DNA of 64,000 nt, from positions 29,425 through 93,424 of the forward strand of contig CAYOUQ010000001.1 in the NCBI GenBank assembly GCA_964407205.1. Reading direction: 5' to 3'. This document shows positions 17,321-26,829 of this stretch, piece after piece (the stretch's first letter is position 1; every line of letters begins with the position of its first letter). The DNA comes from an uncultured Candidatus Saccharimonas sp. (GTDB lineage Bacteria > Patescibacteriota > Saccharimonadia > Saccharimonadales > Saccharimonadaceae). Below the pieces are notes generated by a model. It was not told the origin of the DNA. It did not search any database and saw nothing but the letters and a program-made list of their open reading frames with translations. A program made the translations under genes and the position numbers.

Positions 17321-18404
17321 TTTTTACCTCTGCTATTATTATATTCTTATTTGTTTCAACCTCAATATCCTTGCCAACTTGAAAAGACCCTCGAACGATA
17401 GCATATCCTTTGGCGAGAACATCTTTCGGATTTAGGTTGCTAATCATCTGACGAATTATGGCAACGTTTTTCAATCGTGTATCAATATAGCTGTTGGTTA
17501 AATTAAACGCGCTCATTAAATGATTATTAATCATGAAGGTATGTTGGTTTATTTGGTTTTCTATCATTGGTGCCGCCGACTTTATTTGGCTCCGGATCGA
17601 TTTAATAAATTCGATTTTACTAGGAACCAATATCTGTGCCGCGTTTGATGGAGTCGCAGCTCGAACGTCTGCCGCCAAATCAGCCAAACTTTCATCAATT
17701 TCGTGACCGACACCTAACAAAGTCGGTATCCTCGAAGCTGCAATGGCCCGGACCAGCTTCTCGTCGTTAAAAACAGCCAGGTCTTCAGCGCTACCACCCC
17801 CACGAATAATCACAATAACTTCTGGCAATATTTCCGCCTGGTTAAAATACTCGATTGCTTTAATTATTTGATCAGGCGCAGGATTGCCCTGGACTTGAAC
17901 ATTAGCAACATCGATATGAACACCGCCCCAGCGATCATTGATGATTTTTATAAAATCTGCATAACCAGCTGCTTGAATACTACTAATGACAGCAATATGT
18001 TTCGGGATTAACGGTAATGTGCGCTTTCGCTCTGGCAAAAACAGACCTTCTTTATCTAACTTTGCTTTTAATATATCAAAGCTTTTTTTGATCGAGCCCT
18101 CCCCACTTGGACGCAATGACTTAACGGTTAAACTAAACCCACCCCTGTTGGTCAGTTTTGGGACCGCCGAGACAATCACCCTCATTCCATCAACAATGGG
18201 CGTCCTTAGCTGCCAAATCGGAATAAAACAGCCGATGGTACCCTGTTCATCTTTAATATTAAAAAATACCCATTTATTTTGGCTGACTTTATATTCGGAC
18301 ACCTCCCCTTCGACAAAAACGTCAGAATATGCATATTCAAAGGTTTGATTAATAACAGCGATCAAGTCGCTTACACTAAACACCAGATTTTGGGATTTTT
18401 CCAT
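17304..18404 (-). CDS. xseA: Exodeoxyribonuclease VII large subunit
   Basis: N-terminal OB fold (VFVEGEVSEYK...WVFFNIKDEQG) and catalytic core (IIRGGGSAEDL). Confidence 0.9.
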   Translation of the reverse strand: MEKSQNLVFSVSDLIAVINQTFEYAYSDVFVEGEVSEYKVSQNKWVFFNIKDEQGTIGCFIPIWQLRTPIVDGMRVIVSAVPKLTNRGGFSLTVKSLRPSGEGSIKKSFDILKAKLDKEGLFLPERKRTLPLIPKHIAVISSIQAAGYADFIKIINDRWGGVHIDVANVQVQGNPAPDQIIKAIEYFNQAEILPEVIVIIRGGGSAEDLAVFNDEKLVRAIAASRIPTLLGVGHEIDESLADLAADVRAATPSNAAQILVPSKIEFIKSIRSQIKSAAPMIENQINQHTFMINNHLMSAFNLTNSYIDTRLKNVAIIRQMISNLNPKDVLAKGYAIVRGSFQVGKDIEVETNKNIIIAEVKNVTSK

Positions 18405-19425
18405 ATTTATGGATTGTTAGTTGATAAAAAATATAACCAAATATAATTGTACCGGAAAATAGTGTTACTCGGGCTAAAAGCGTGCCCGCGATAGCTGCAC
18501 TTGCTGGCATTCCAGTTGAGGCATAAAGAGCAATCATTGTAGCCTCTACCGCACCAACGCCGCCCGGAGTAGCAACTACTATACCGATCATCGAACATAC
18601 CCCATACACAATAAATAAAACCGCTGGATTAACAATTGTACCAAGTGACCAAAATGCAATAAATATTAGAAACACATCAAATATACAGTCAACCGCCGCC
18701 CACATAAATGGCTTTCTTAGTATTTTCCGATTTTTTTTAATTTCCTGAAAGTCATCATGTAATTTATGTAAAAAAACTTCAACCTTTTCGCTTGATATTG
18801 TTTTTTTCTTATGCCCAAATGTTAATTTTGAAACTATAGTGTTAATAACGTTTGTTAGGGCAACAGATAAACCAACAAGTTTTTTTGCGTTATTTGCAAC
18901 TAATACTACTACTATCATTAAGACAAATACGACCGAGACCATAAGTGCGCTCAGATATACCATTGTCCCATTTACTTTTTGGTCAAAAGAAAGTGCGATA
19001 ATTGATATTAATACGGCCAACGCGAAACAACAGAATGAACTTGCTACCCTAACAATATATGCCATCATCGAACAACTTGTCGGGACCATGTATTTTTGTT
19101 TCATAATCCAACTGAAGTATGTCATCCCAGCCAAGCTTGGGACAGGCACTATTTGATCGACAAAGTTTATTTCTAATGCGATTCGAACCCTTTGTAGCCA
19201 TGACATTTTTAAGGTTATATTTTTCTGTTTAATATATGAGAGCATTACCTGACCAATCGCGGCAAAACTAATAATTTGGGTAGGTATGATTAATAAAAAG
19301 ATCCACAAATTGATTGACCCGATTAGATTAATTGCCTCTAATATAGAATGTCTCATTAGATATACAGCAACAACTAATAACAATAGGGTTAAAATACTTG
19401 CAACTCTTTTTAATGACATAGACAT
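18376..19425 (-). CDS. UPF0104 / lysylphosphatidylglycerol-synthase-TM-region-like flippase-type membrane protein
   Basis: 349-aa polytopic protein with the C-terminal ATPGGVGAVEA motif typical of this family. Confidence 0.65.
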   Translation of the reverse strand: MSMSLKRVASILTLLLLVVAVYLMRHSILEAINLIGSINLWIFLLIIPTQIISFAAIGQVMLSYIKQKNITLKMSWLQRVRIALEINFVDQIVPVPSLAGMTYFSWIMKQKYMVPTSCSMMAYIVRVASSFCCFALAVLISIIALSFDQKVNGTMVYLSALMVSVVFVLMIVVVLVANNAKKLVGLSVALTNVINTIVSKLTFGHKKKTISSEKVEVFLHKLHDDFQEIKKNRKILRKPFMWAAVDCIFDVFLIFIAFWSLGTIVNPAVLFIVYGVCSMIGIVVATPGGVGAVEATMIALYASTGMPASAAIAGTLLARVTLFSGTIIFGYIFYQLTIHKYGKIPKSGV

Positions 19426-19467
19426 ATTATAGCATTATAAATCAACACGTTAGGTTATAATTGTTAT

Positions 19468-20691
19468 ATGAATCTTGTTATACTTGGTAGACAACCAGCT
19501 CTTGGATTGGCTGAACTTGAACGAGTTTATGGCAGTAAAAACGTTAACCCTATTAATAACACGTCAGCATTAATATGCCATGATTCTATTGATATACAAA
19601 AGCTTGGCGGTATTCTAAAATCTGGTCGTATCATTGAAAATATTTCTGGGAAAGACTGGCGCGAAGTTAGCGATAAGATTGTACGCTATTATACGAACCT
19701 TTGGAGTGCATATAAGGGCAAGATCACATTGGGTCTTAGCGTCTACAGCCTACCTGTCAGCACCCGCGATATTCAAAAAATTGGTATTATTATCAAACAG
19801 CGACTTAAAAACTCTGGCGCCAGCATACGTCTAATCCCTAACATTGACCCGGCTTTATCAACTGCCACCTCCCATCACAATAAGTTAGGCCTAAGTCCAA
19901 ATAAATTCGAATTAATTATTGTTAAAACTGATTCTGGCGACATTATTGTCGCCGAAAGCACTGGTTCACAAAATATTACAGCCTATGCCAACCGCGACCA
20001 AGCACGACCAAAACGCGACGCCTTTGTTGGCATGTTGCCTCCAAAACTCGCCCAAATTATGATAAATCTGGCCGTCGGAAACTCGCTAAGCACAAGAGCC
20101 GCTGACGTAATATCCAAAAGTGATCCAAAAGGTGAACTTGCCATCAAACCAGTCATTCTAGACCCTTTTTGTGGCACCGGCGTAATTTTACAAGAAGCGG
20201 CATTAATGGGCTATTCGGTTTATGGCACGGATTTATCAGAAAAGATGATTAGATACAGTCGCGACAATCTTAATTGGCTGGCAGATAGCCATAATATCCA
20301 ATTCGAATGGTACTTACACGAAGGCGACGCCATGACGACCAAATGGCGACAGCCTATTAACGCAGTCGTGTGCGAGTCATACTTGGGACAGCCATTTTCT
20401 GCCCCTCCATCACCTTCCAAGTTGAATGAGGTTGTCGAAAATTGTAATCACATTATCACTGAGTTTTTGCGTAACCTGCGCGACCAAATCGAACCCGGCA
20501 CACCTATCTGCATCGCCATTCCGGCTTGGCGCGACCGAACCGGCAAATTTACCCACCTGCCTATCGTCGGCAATGTTGCCAGATATGGCTATAGGCCACA
20601 TGAATTTATGACCGTCTCTCAAAACAGCCTTTTGTATTATCGATCTGACCAAGTTGTTGCCCGAGAGCTGCTAGTTTTAACAAAAGTATAA
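19468..20691 (+). CDS. Putative RNA (tRNA guanine-N2, Trm11/Trm14-like) methyltransferase
   Basis: C-terminal ILDPFCGTGVILQEAALMG (motif I) and a DPPY-like region. The N-terminal half may be THUMP-like. Confidence 0.65.
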   Translation: MNLVILGRQPALGLAELERVYGSKNVNPINNTSALICHDSIDIQKLGGILKSGRIIENISGKDWREVSDKIVRYYTNLWSAYKGKITLGLSVYSLPVSTRDIQKIGIIIKQRLKNSGASIRLIPNIDPALSTATSHHNKLGLSPNKFELIIVKTDSGDIIVAESTGSQNITAYANRDQARPKRDAFVGMLPPKLAQIMINLAVGNSLSTRAADVISKSDPKGELAIKPVILDPFCGTGVILQEAALMGYSVYGTDLSEKMIRYSRDNLNWLADSHNIQFEWYLHEGDAMTTKWRQPINAVVCESYLGQPFSAPPSPSKLNEVVENCNHIITEFLRNLRDQIEPGTPICIAIPAWRDRTGKFTHLPIVGNVARYGYRPHEFMTVSQNSLLYYRSDQVVARELLVLTKV

Positions 20692-20707
20692 GCATACTGG
20701 TTAACAC

Positions 20708-20736
20708 TTGACGCTTCCCCTTATTTTTGCTATAAT
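20708..20736 (+). promoter_or_regulatory. Sigma-70-type promoter of rpmA
   Basis: TTGACG (20708-20713), a 17-nt spacer, then TATAAT (20731-20736), about 40 nt upstream of the rpmA ATG. Confidence 0.7.
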
Positions 20737-20777
20737 TCACTAGATTCTTTTATTAATGTTAGGAGTAACTATCACCT

Positions 20778-21056
20778 ATGTCACACGTCAAAGCGGGCGG
20801 AACAGCCCACAATATACATAACAATGCCGGTCAAAGACTTGGTGTAAAACGATTTGGTGGTCAGGCTGTTAAAACTGGTGAGGTTTTAGTGCGCCAAACT
20901 GGATCAACCAAGATATCAGGCCCGGGCACCTTTATTAGTCGCGACTTCACTATACATGCTGCTATTGACGGAGTTGTTTCTTATGGTAAGGTCAAAAAAA
21001 GTCGATTTACTGGTAAAACTTCTCCCCGTACTCAAGTATCAGTAAAATCAATTTAA
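20778..21056 (+). CDS. rpmA: 50S ribosomal protein L27
   Basis: SHVKAGGTAHNIHNNAGQRLGVKRFGGQ N-terminus. AGGAG SD lies 11 nt upstream. Confidence 0.95.
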   Translation: MSHVKAGGTAHNIHNNAGQRLGVKRFGGQAVKTGEVLVRQTGSTKISGPGTFISRDFTIHAAIDGVVSYGKVKKSRFTGKTSPRTQVSVKSI

Positions 21057-21074
21057 TAAATATTTATGCAAATT

Positions 21075-21106
21075 AAATCAGCGCCGATTTTGGCGCTGAT
21101 TTTTAT
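21075..21106. terminator. Bidirectional rho-independent terminator between rpmA and the convergent response-regulator gene
   Basis: ATCAGCGCC-gatttt-GGCGCTGAT stem-loop flanked by an A-run and a T-run. Confidence 0.75.
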
Positions 21107-21116
21107 TAATCAAGTA

Positions 21117-21500
21117 CTATTTCACACCGAGCAGTCGTTTTACGCGTTCAACTACATCACCGATAACGACCTGGGACTTAACCAAATAATCACTAGCGCC
21201 CAATGACTCAGCTAATTCTTTATCTTTTGGCTGGCTTAAAGCTGTCAACATTATGACTTTTGTCTGAGAAACCGGCCCAGATGTGTGCCTTAGCGTGTCT
21301 AACACGTCAAAGCCGCTCATTTTTGGCATCATCGCATCCAACAGCATTAGGTCGGGCTTAAACTCGACAACAGCAGACAGGGCTTTTTCTCCGTTATTAA
21401 CTTCTAATACTTCAAAACCTTCCATCTCAAGCCGAGATTTATATACTCCCGACAAGGCGTCGTCATCTTCGACTAATAAAATTTTCTTTTTTCCATCCAT
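21117..21500 (-). CDS. Orphan single-domain response regulator (CheY-like)
   Basis: ILLVEDDD...DLMLLDAMMPKMSG...K pattern. 127 aa, no output domain. Confidence 0.85.
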   Translation of the reverse strand: MDGKKKILLVEDDDALSGVYKSRLEMEGFEVLEVNNGEKALSAVVEFKPDLMLLDAMMPKMSGFDVLDTLRHTSGPVSQTKVIMLTALSQPKDKELAESLGASDYLVKSQVVIGDVVERVKRLLGVK

Positions 21501-21537
21501 ATTTATATATTATACAACTCCTACCAAAAACACAAGC

Positions 21538-22773
21538 TTAATAGCCCAGCAACTTGACCGCGGCATCATATTGAGGGTCGATTCCAGCATCAACGTCTGC
21601 CTGTGTATATTCCGTCGTCACGTCGGGCTCGATACCTTGTTTATTAATATTACTGCCTTTTGGTGTATACCATTTTGCGACCGTAACTTTCAGAAGCCCA
21701 CCATCGCTCAAATCAAGCGGTAACTGGACACTGCCCTTACCAAACGTCTTTTCTCCAACCAGCTTCGCAAATCCATAATCTTTCAGCGCTCCGGCAACAA
21801 TTTCGCTTGCACTTGCCGAGCTGGAGTTGACCAGAACAACTGTTGGCACATCAGCGAGTATTGCCTCGCCGGCTGACGTCCGTACTGTTTCTTTCACTAC
21901 GCTGCCAACTTTTTCGACGACCACTACTTTGTCATCTAGCCATAGACTCGCAACATCCTTTGCCGCTGAAACATAACCGCCTCCATTGCCACGAAGGTCC
22001 ATAATGACTGCCTTGACCGATTGTTTTTTAAAGCCCTGAGCAGCAACTTTTGCCAAGTCACCAGTCTCATCATCGAACCGATAAATAGTCAGCACGCCAA
22101 TTCCTGCTCTGATTTCACTATCGACACTCGGGTTGTTAATTATGGCACGAGTTATTGTGTATTCTTTTATTTGATCGCCACGCTGAATACTTAATTTTAC
22201 TGTCGTACCAGCGTCGCCACGAATCAGGCTAACCGTTTTCTCTACCGTCCAACCATCAGTTGATTCATCGTTGACACTTAAAATTATGTCGTTTGCCATT
22301 AAACCCACACTTTCGGCAGGGTTGTCTTTTAACGCTCTGGCAATAAATATTTTGTCATTACGTATACCAATTTCAGCCCCAATACCACCACCTATATTCC
22401 CCGACAGGTCATTATTAAACTCTTCCGCCTCCTCTGGGCTCATGTACTGTGTGTAATCATCTCCTGCTGCATCAACTAACCCACGACTAGCGCCTTGGAT
22501 TAACTTTTGGGTGTCTAAATCACCATCAAAGTTGGATGCCAGTTTATTATACGTTTCTTGAACCGAGCTTAAATCGATACTGCCAACATTGTTTTTGTAT
22601 CCAAATATCGGTGAAAATATGCCAGATATTTGAAGATGATATGCTCCAACTAAATACCCGACCGCGGCTGACGCTGCGATAATAATAAATATAACTGATA
22701 GCGAAAAATGGTGCTTTTCGCACACGATATTTTCATCACTCTTCCCAGCATCAACCACTACCTGTTTAGACAT
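21538..22773 (-). CDS. ctpA: Carboxy-terminal processing protease (S41 family) with PDZ domain
   Basis: N-terminal anchor, PDZ-like region, DLRGNGGGYV and SASASEIVAGALKD motifs. Confidence 0.88.
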   Translation of the reverse strand: MSKQVVVDAGKSDENIVCEKHHFSLSVIFIIIAASAAVGYLVGAYHLQISGIFSPIFGYKNNVGSIDLSSVQETYNKLASNFDGDLDTQKLIQGASRGLVDAAGDDYTQYMSPEEAEEFNNDLSGNIGGGIGAEIGIRNDKIFIARALKDNPAESVGLMANDIILSVNDESTDGWTVEKTVSLIRGDAGTTVKLSIQRGDQIKEYTITRAIINNPSVDSEIRAGIGVLTIYRFDDETGDLAKVAAQGFKKQSVKAVIMDLRGNGGGYVSAAKDVASLWLDDKVVVVEKVGSVVKETVRTSAGEAILADVPTVVLVNSSSASASEIVAGALKDYGFAKLVGEKTFGKGSVQLPLDLSDGGLLKVTVAKWYTPKGSNINKQGIEPDVTTEYTQADVDAGIDPQYDAAVKLLGY

Positions 22774-22827
22774 TATCTCCCCTAATTTATGTTTATGTTT
22801 AATTATAACGCACTTGACGTATAAAAA

Positions 22828-23994
22828 CTAACGGTTCCATTCACCAAAATATATATAGTAATCAAAGAAGCCTGAGTTCACGTTATACCATTCGGCATAA
22901 TCGCCATTCCAGTTGATATTAAAGTGGCTAATATTTATCGTACCATTAGCGTTGACAGATTCTACCCAAGCAACGTGTCCATAATAACCGCTATCCATCA
23001 CTCCTACTGACCCCGGTTTTGGCGTCGTGCCAATTGGTATACCCCAGTTTCTAGCATTATCATCCCATTGATTGGCATTGCCAATTCCACCCCAATATGG
23101 CATGTTACCATAGGATTGGGCGACCTTAAAGGCCGCATAGCTAACACATTGACGCTGACACATCCCCCAGTCGTCACTCATGCAATAATACATTGCAGCG
23201 TCGCTCATCCAGTTAATCGGGTATCCGCCCCTTGTGCCATCACCTGGTAGACTTGTAAAGTCGCCGCCATAGTTATTCGCCCTAGCTAAGTTTGCAGCTA
23301 TTTGTTGTGACCGTAATGAAGCAATCTCGGCGTCTGAGGTTCTTACTAAATCTTGGAATGCTGCTTCTTGCCCCTTTGTGTCATCAAGAATCTTTTGCTG
23401 TTCGGCTTTTTTGGCATCTAATGCGGCACGCTGGTTCTTTTGATCAGTCAGCACGACCTCGGTTTCAGCCTTTTGCGTTTCAAGTTGTGCTTTTAGTTCT
23501 TTTATTCGAGTAATCGTTGCTGTAAGTTCATTCCTGATTGAGCTACGATACTCTTGCTTGTCCATGTATTCGCTAATATTTTTACTACTAAAAATAATCT
23601 CAACGGGCGTAACATTATCATCAACATACAGATCAGCAAGCGTTACCCCCAGGGCGTCCTTATTGTCAGCAATCTGTTTCTCTGTATCAGCTATTTGGGC
23701 AATTAGTTGATCATACTTTGCCTGGCTTATATCAATCTGAGCCTGGATTACCTTAGCTTGGTTAGCAAGATTGTCAACTGTTGACTGAAGTGTCCTGGCT
23801 TGATCAGCTAACACAGCCGATTGAGCATTATAACTGTCGATTTGTGCTTGCAAGGCTGCAATTTGGTCGTCGTATTCGTCAGCTGAAACCCTGCCGCCAA
23901 TTATTTGTATCGGAACCGACACAGCGATTATAAATATCGTGACGAGTAAAATCGTCTTTTTTACTTTTGCCGAGAAATGATGTCGTAAAATCAT
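22828..23994 (-). CDS. PcsB-like secreted coiled-coil + CHAP peptidoglycan hydrolase (probable FtsEX partner)
   Basis: The start is re-set to the Met at 23994, whose ATG overlaps the ftsX TGA (ATGA). It has a signal anchor, a long coiled coil rich in Q/A/L, and a C-terminal CHAP domain (QCVSYAAFK...GHVAWVESV). Confidence 0.8.
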   Translation of the reverse strand: MILRHHFSAKVKKTILLVTIFIIAVSVPIQIIGGRVSADEYDDQIAALQAQIDSYNAQSAVLADQARTLQSTVDNLANQAKVIQAQIDISQAKYDQLIAQIADTEKQIADNKDALGVTLADLYVDDNVTPVEIIFSSKNISEYMDKQEYRSSIRNELTATITRIKELKAQLETQKAETEVVLTDQKNQRAALDAKKAEQQKILDDTKGQEAAFQDLVRTSDAEIASLRSQQIAANLARANNYGGDFTSLPGDGTRGGYPINWMSDAAMYYCMSDDWGMCQRQCVSYAAFKVAQSYGNMPYWGGIGNANQWDDNARNWGIPIGTTPKPGSVGVMDSGYYGHVAWVESVNANGTINISHFNINWNGDYAEWYNVNSGFFDYYIYFGEWNR

Positions 23995-25007
23995 ATCTTT
24001 AAAAACCTGTGAGTAGCAAGCAGTGATGATGTTACACCAATAATCGAGCCGGCGACAATCATCCCTAAGACCATAGCCCATGAATATACCGTGACTAGAT
24101 TAATTGTTGGCTGGACAATTATTTGATAACTGGCCAATAATTTGGACGCGCTAAACAGACCCCAGTAACCCAGCCCTGAAGCAAAAAACGCCGCAATTAT
24201 CCCATAAATCGCCGACTCCACCAAAAACGGGCCACGGATGAACGATTTATCGGCACCTATTAACTTCATCATCTGAATTTCTTCTTTTCGATTGAATATG
24301 GCCATCCGGATCGTATTGAATATAATCAAAGAAGAGATAATCACAAATACTGCGCCCATTATTAATCCGGCACTTTGGACAAAACTTACTGCACGACCAA
24401 TCGATTTAATCGTGTTGCGTCTTTCTCCAGCAAATGAAGGCTTATAGGTAGTGCTTAGATACTGTTTAATGGTTTTGTTTTTTGCTACAAAACCTTCAAG
24501 CTCAGATGTGTCATTTATGTCCTTAACAACAACTCGAAGTGTCGCTGGATTTTTATTTGTCGCTTCGGTTATGGCATTAATAATGTCCGTTTCGCCGTTG
24601 CTATTCTCAATCATTTGCTCACGGGCTTTTTCGGCGCTAATAAATTTAACTGACTGGACTGACGATAATTTCATTAGTTCAGCAATCAGGTCTTTACCTG
24701 TTTGGTCGGTCGTATCCGTTTTTAAATAAATCGACATATCAACCTTTTTGCGCAAATCATTAACCGTATCGGTCATAATTGTATGTGACACAAAAGTGAC
24801 AAAGATTATCATCAGTGTCATAGTCATTACAATTGTTGCCGCAGCCGATAGCCAAGAATTTCGCAAGAAACTGCTAAAGCCATACTTGAACATTCGGCCA
24901 AAGGTTAACAATCGACGACGCTTGTATCTTTGTTTCGCTAATACGCTAGAGCTAACCTTTTTTTCGGGTTTTTTATCGGGCTTGCGTTTTTCCTCCACGG
25001 TCTTCAT
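23991..25007 (-). CDS. ftsX: Cell division ABC transporter permease FtsX
   Basis: 338 aa with 4 TM helices and a large first extracytoplasmic loop. 4-nt overlap with ftsE. Confidence 0.88.
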   Translation of the reverse strand: MKTVEEKRKPDKKPEKKVSSSVLAKQRYKRRRLLTFGRMFKYGFSSFLRNSWLSAAATIVMTMTLMIIFVTFVSHTIMTDTVNDLRKKVDMSIYLKTDTTDQTGKDLIAELMKLSSVQSVKFISAEKAREQMIENSNGETDIINAITEATNKNPATLRVVVKDINDTSELEGFVAKNKTIKQYLSTTYKPSFAGERRNTIKSIGRAVSFVQSAGLIMGAVFVIISSLIIFNTIRMAIFNRKEEIQMMKLIGADKSFIRGPFLVESAIYGIIAAFFASGLGYWGLFSASKLLASYQIIVQPTINLVTVYSWAMVLGMIVAGSIIGVTSSLLATHRFLKI

Positions 25008-25687
25008 TGTCTGTAACTCCCCTCGGCTTGATCACTGACTATTTTGCCTTCCTCGATTGTAATTACTCTTCGTTTTAGCTTGTTTACTATACCGGCATTA
25101 TGAGTTGTCAGCAACACGGTCGTGCCGTATTTATTAATTTTCTCCAGCAGCTTAATGATATCCCAACTATTTTTTGGGTCTAGATTGCCTGTTGGCTCAT
25201 CAGCTATCAATATTTTAGGTTGACGAACGACCGCCCTAGCAATTGCGACTCGTTGTCGTTCACCACCAGATAACTGGTTTGGGAATTGGTGCTCTTTTCC
25301 GGTCAGACCGACTAACTCTATCACTTTGGGCACTGTGTTTTTTATCTCATGTCTTGTAACACCAGCAATCTCCAGCGCAAAAGCTATATTTTCAAATACA
25401 TTTCTTTGTGGCAACAGCTTAAAGTCTTGAAAAACTACTCGAATTTTGCGACGCAGCATAGGTATCTGACTATCCTTTAGCGTATCATAGTCAATTCCAC
25501 CAACAACAATTTTTCCACTGGTGGGCTTTTCTTCACGAGTTAATAATTTTAATAATGTTGACTTTCCGGCACCACTAGTGCCAACAAGTATTACGAACTC
25601 GCGTGGCTCAATAAACAAACTGACGCGGTCCACCGCTGGATCAGCCCCTTTTGTATATATTTTTGATACTCTATCTAACAGAATCAT
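25004..25687 (-). CDS. ftsE: Cell division ABC transporter ATP-binding protein FtsE
   Basis: Walker A (GTSGAGKST), signature (LSGGERQR) and Walker B (ILIADEPT). Confidence 0.92.
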   Translation of the reverse strand: MILLDRVSKIYTKGADPAVDRVSLFIEPREFVILVGTSGAGKSTLLKLLTREEKPTSGKIVVGGIDYDTLKDSQIPMLRRKIRVVFQDFKLLPQRNVFENIAFALEIAGVTRHEIKNTVPKVIELVGLTGKEHQFPNQLSGGERQRVAIARAVVRQPKILIADEPTGNLDPKNSWDIIKLLEKINKYGTTVLLTTHNAGIVNKLKRRVITIEEGKIVSDQAEGSYRQ

Positions 25688-25737
25688 CAGTAATAATTAT
25701 AACATAAGGGAATTGCTTGTTGATAAGATTTTAACAG

Positions 25738-26820
25738 CTAATTATCGTTGCTGCGATCTAAATATGCATCAATAAATCCATCAATATAACCATCCAGCAC
25801 TTTTTGAGCATTTGTCTCTTCGTGTTTAGTGCGAGTATCTTTCACCATAGTGTATGGGTGTAAAACATAGTTGCGGATTTGTGAGCCCCAATTTGCCGAC
25901 TCACCTGCTCGCAATTCACTAATATTCGCCACGTGCTGCTCAATTTGCAACTGAGTCAGCTTTGACCTTAAGATTTTCATAGCCATTTCTTTGTTTTGCA
26001 ACTGGGACCTTTCGTTTTGAATTGCCACCACAATGCCCGTTGGGATATGAGTGATACGGACGGCACTGTCAGTTGTATTGACCGACTGGCCACCTTTACC
26101 GCCAGAATGATAGACATCAATTTTTAAATCTTTCTCATTAATCACCGCTTCCTCTGGCGCATCGATTTGGGGCAATACTTCAACTAGCGCAAAACTAGTT
26201 TGCCTAAGATTGTCACTGTTAAATGGGCTCAGACGAACCAGCCGATGCACGCCATTTTCGCTTTGTAATTTGCCATATGCATACGCGCCATTAACCTCGA
26301 TTACCACCGATTTAATACCTGCCTCTTCCCCACTTGAGCGCTCGATGACCGATGCCTGCATACCAGATTTTTCCGCCCATCTCAAATACATTCGCTCCAG
26401 CATTTCGGTCCAATCCATCGCATCGGTTCCACCTACTCCAGCACTTAATCGTAATATGGCATTATGGTCATCGTATTTGCCCTGAAACAATAATTCTTTT
26501 TTTAATTTTTGATACTCATTTTCAAGCGCAGTAATTTGCTGTTCAAATTCAGACTGCATGCCGCTATCACCTAGTGCCATTAGCTCACGAATATCAGCCG
26601 CTTGGACTTTCAAAGTAACCCATGGGTCAATCGCCGCTGATAAAGTGGCCAGCTGCTTGCTTTTTGATTGCGCAAATGTTGGGTTGTTCCATATATCGGA
26701 TTCTGCAAGGTCTTTAGTTAGTTCATCAGTTTGGATTTTTTTATTTTCTATCTTTAATCGTAAAAAAGCAGCATCGATGTGCAAAATCAAACTTTCAAGT
26801 CTTTTAATTAGTTGTTGCAT
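25738..26820 (-). CDS. prfB: Peptide chain release factor 2 (single uninterrupted ORF)
   Basis: SPF tripeptide (RLSPFNS) and GGQ motif (GGKGGQSVNTT). 360 aa with no internal TGA frameshift site. Confidence 0.92.
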   Translation of the reverse strand: MQQLIKRLESLILHIDAAFLRLKIENKKIQTDELTKDLAESDIWNNPTFAQSKSKQLATLSAAIDPWVTLKVQAADIRELMALGDSGMQSEFEQQITALENEYQKLKKELLFQGKYDDHNAILRLSAGVGGTDAMDWTEMLERMYLRWAEKSGMQASVIERSSGEEAGIKSVVIEVNGAYAYGKLQSENGVHRLVRLSPFNSDNLRQTSFALVEVLPQIDAPEEAVINEKDLKIDVYHSGGKGGQSVNTTDSAVRITHIPTGIVVAIQNERSQLQNKEMAMKILRSKLTQLQIEQHVANISELRAGESANWGSQIRNYVLHPYTMVKDTRTKHEETNAQKVLDGYIDGFIDAYLDRSNDN

Positions 26821-26829
26821 TTATAAGTA

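Noticed and set aside
23995-24081. Upstream 29 codons of the ORF-track version of the CHAP hydrolase (MGYGLRDDCRRLDYWCNIITACYSQVFKD)
   Set aside because: This part lies entirely inside ftsX in another frame. The internal Met at 23994 forms an ATGA overlap with the ftsX stop and is followed directly by a signal-anchor sequence.
25738-26820. Looked for the programmed +1 frameshift (CUU UGA C) usual in prfB
   Set aside because: The ORF is continuous from the N-terminus (MQQLIKRLESL...FLRLKIENKK...) through the region that aligns with the E. coli shift site. This RF2 is encoded without frameshifting. That happens in a minority of bacteria and is not by itself remarkable.
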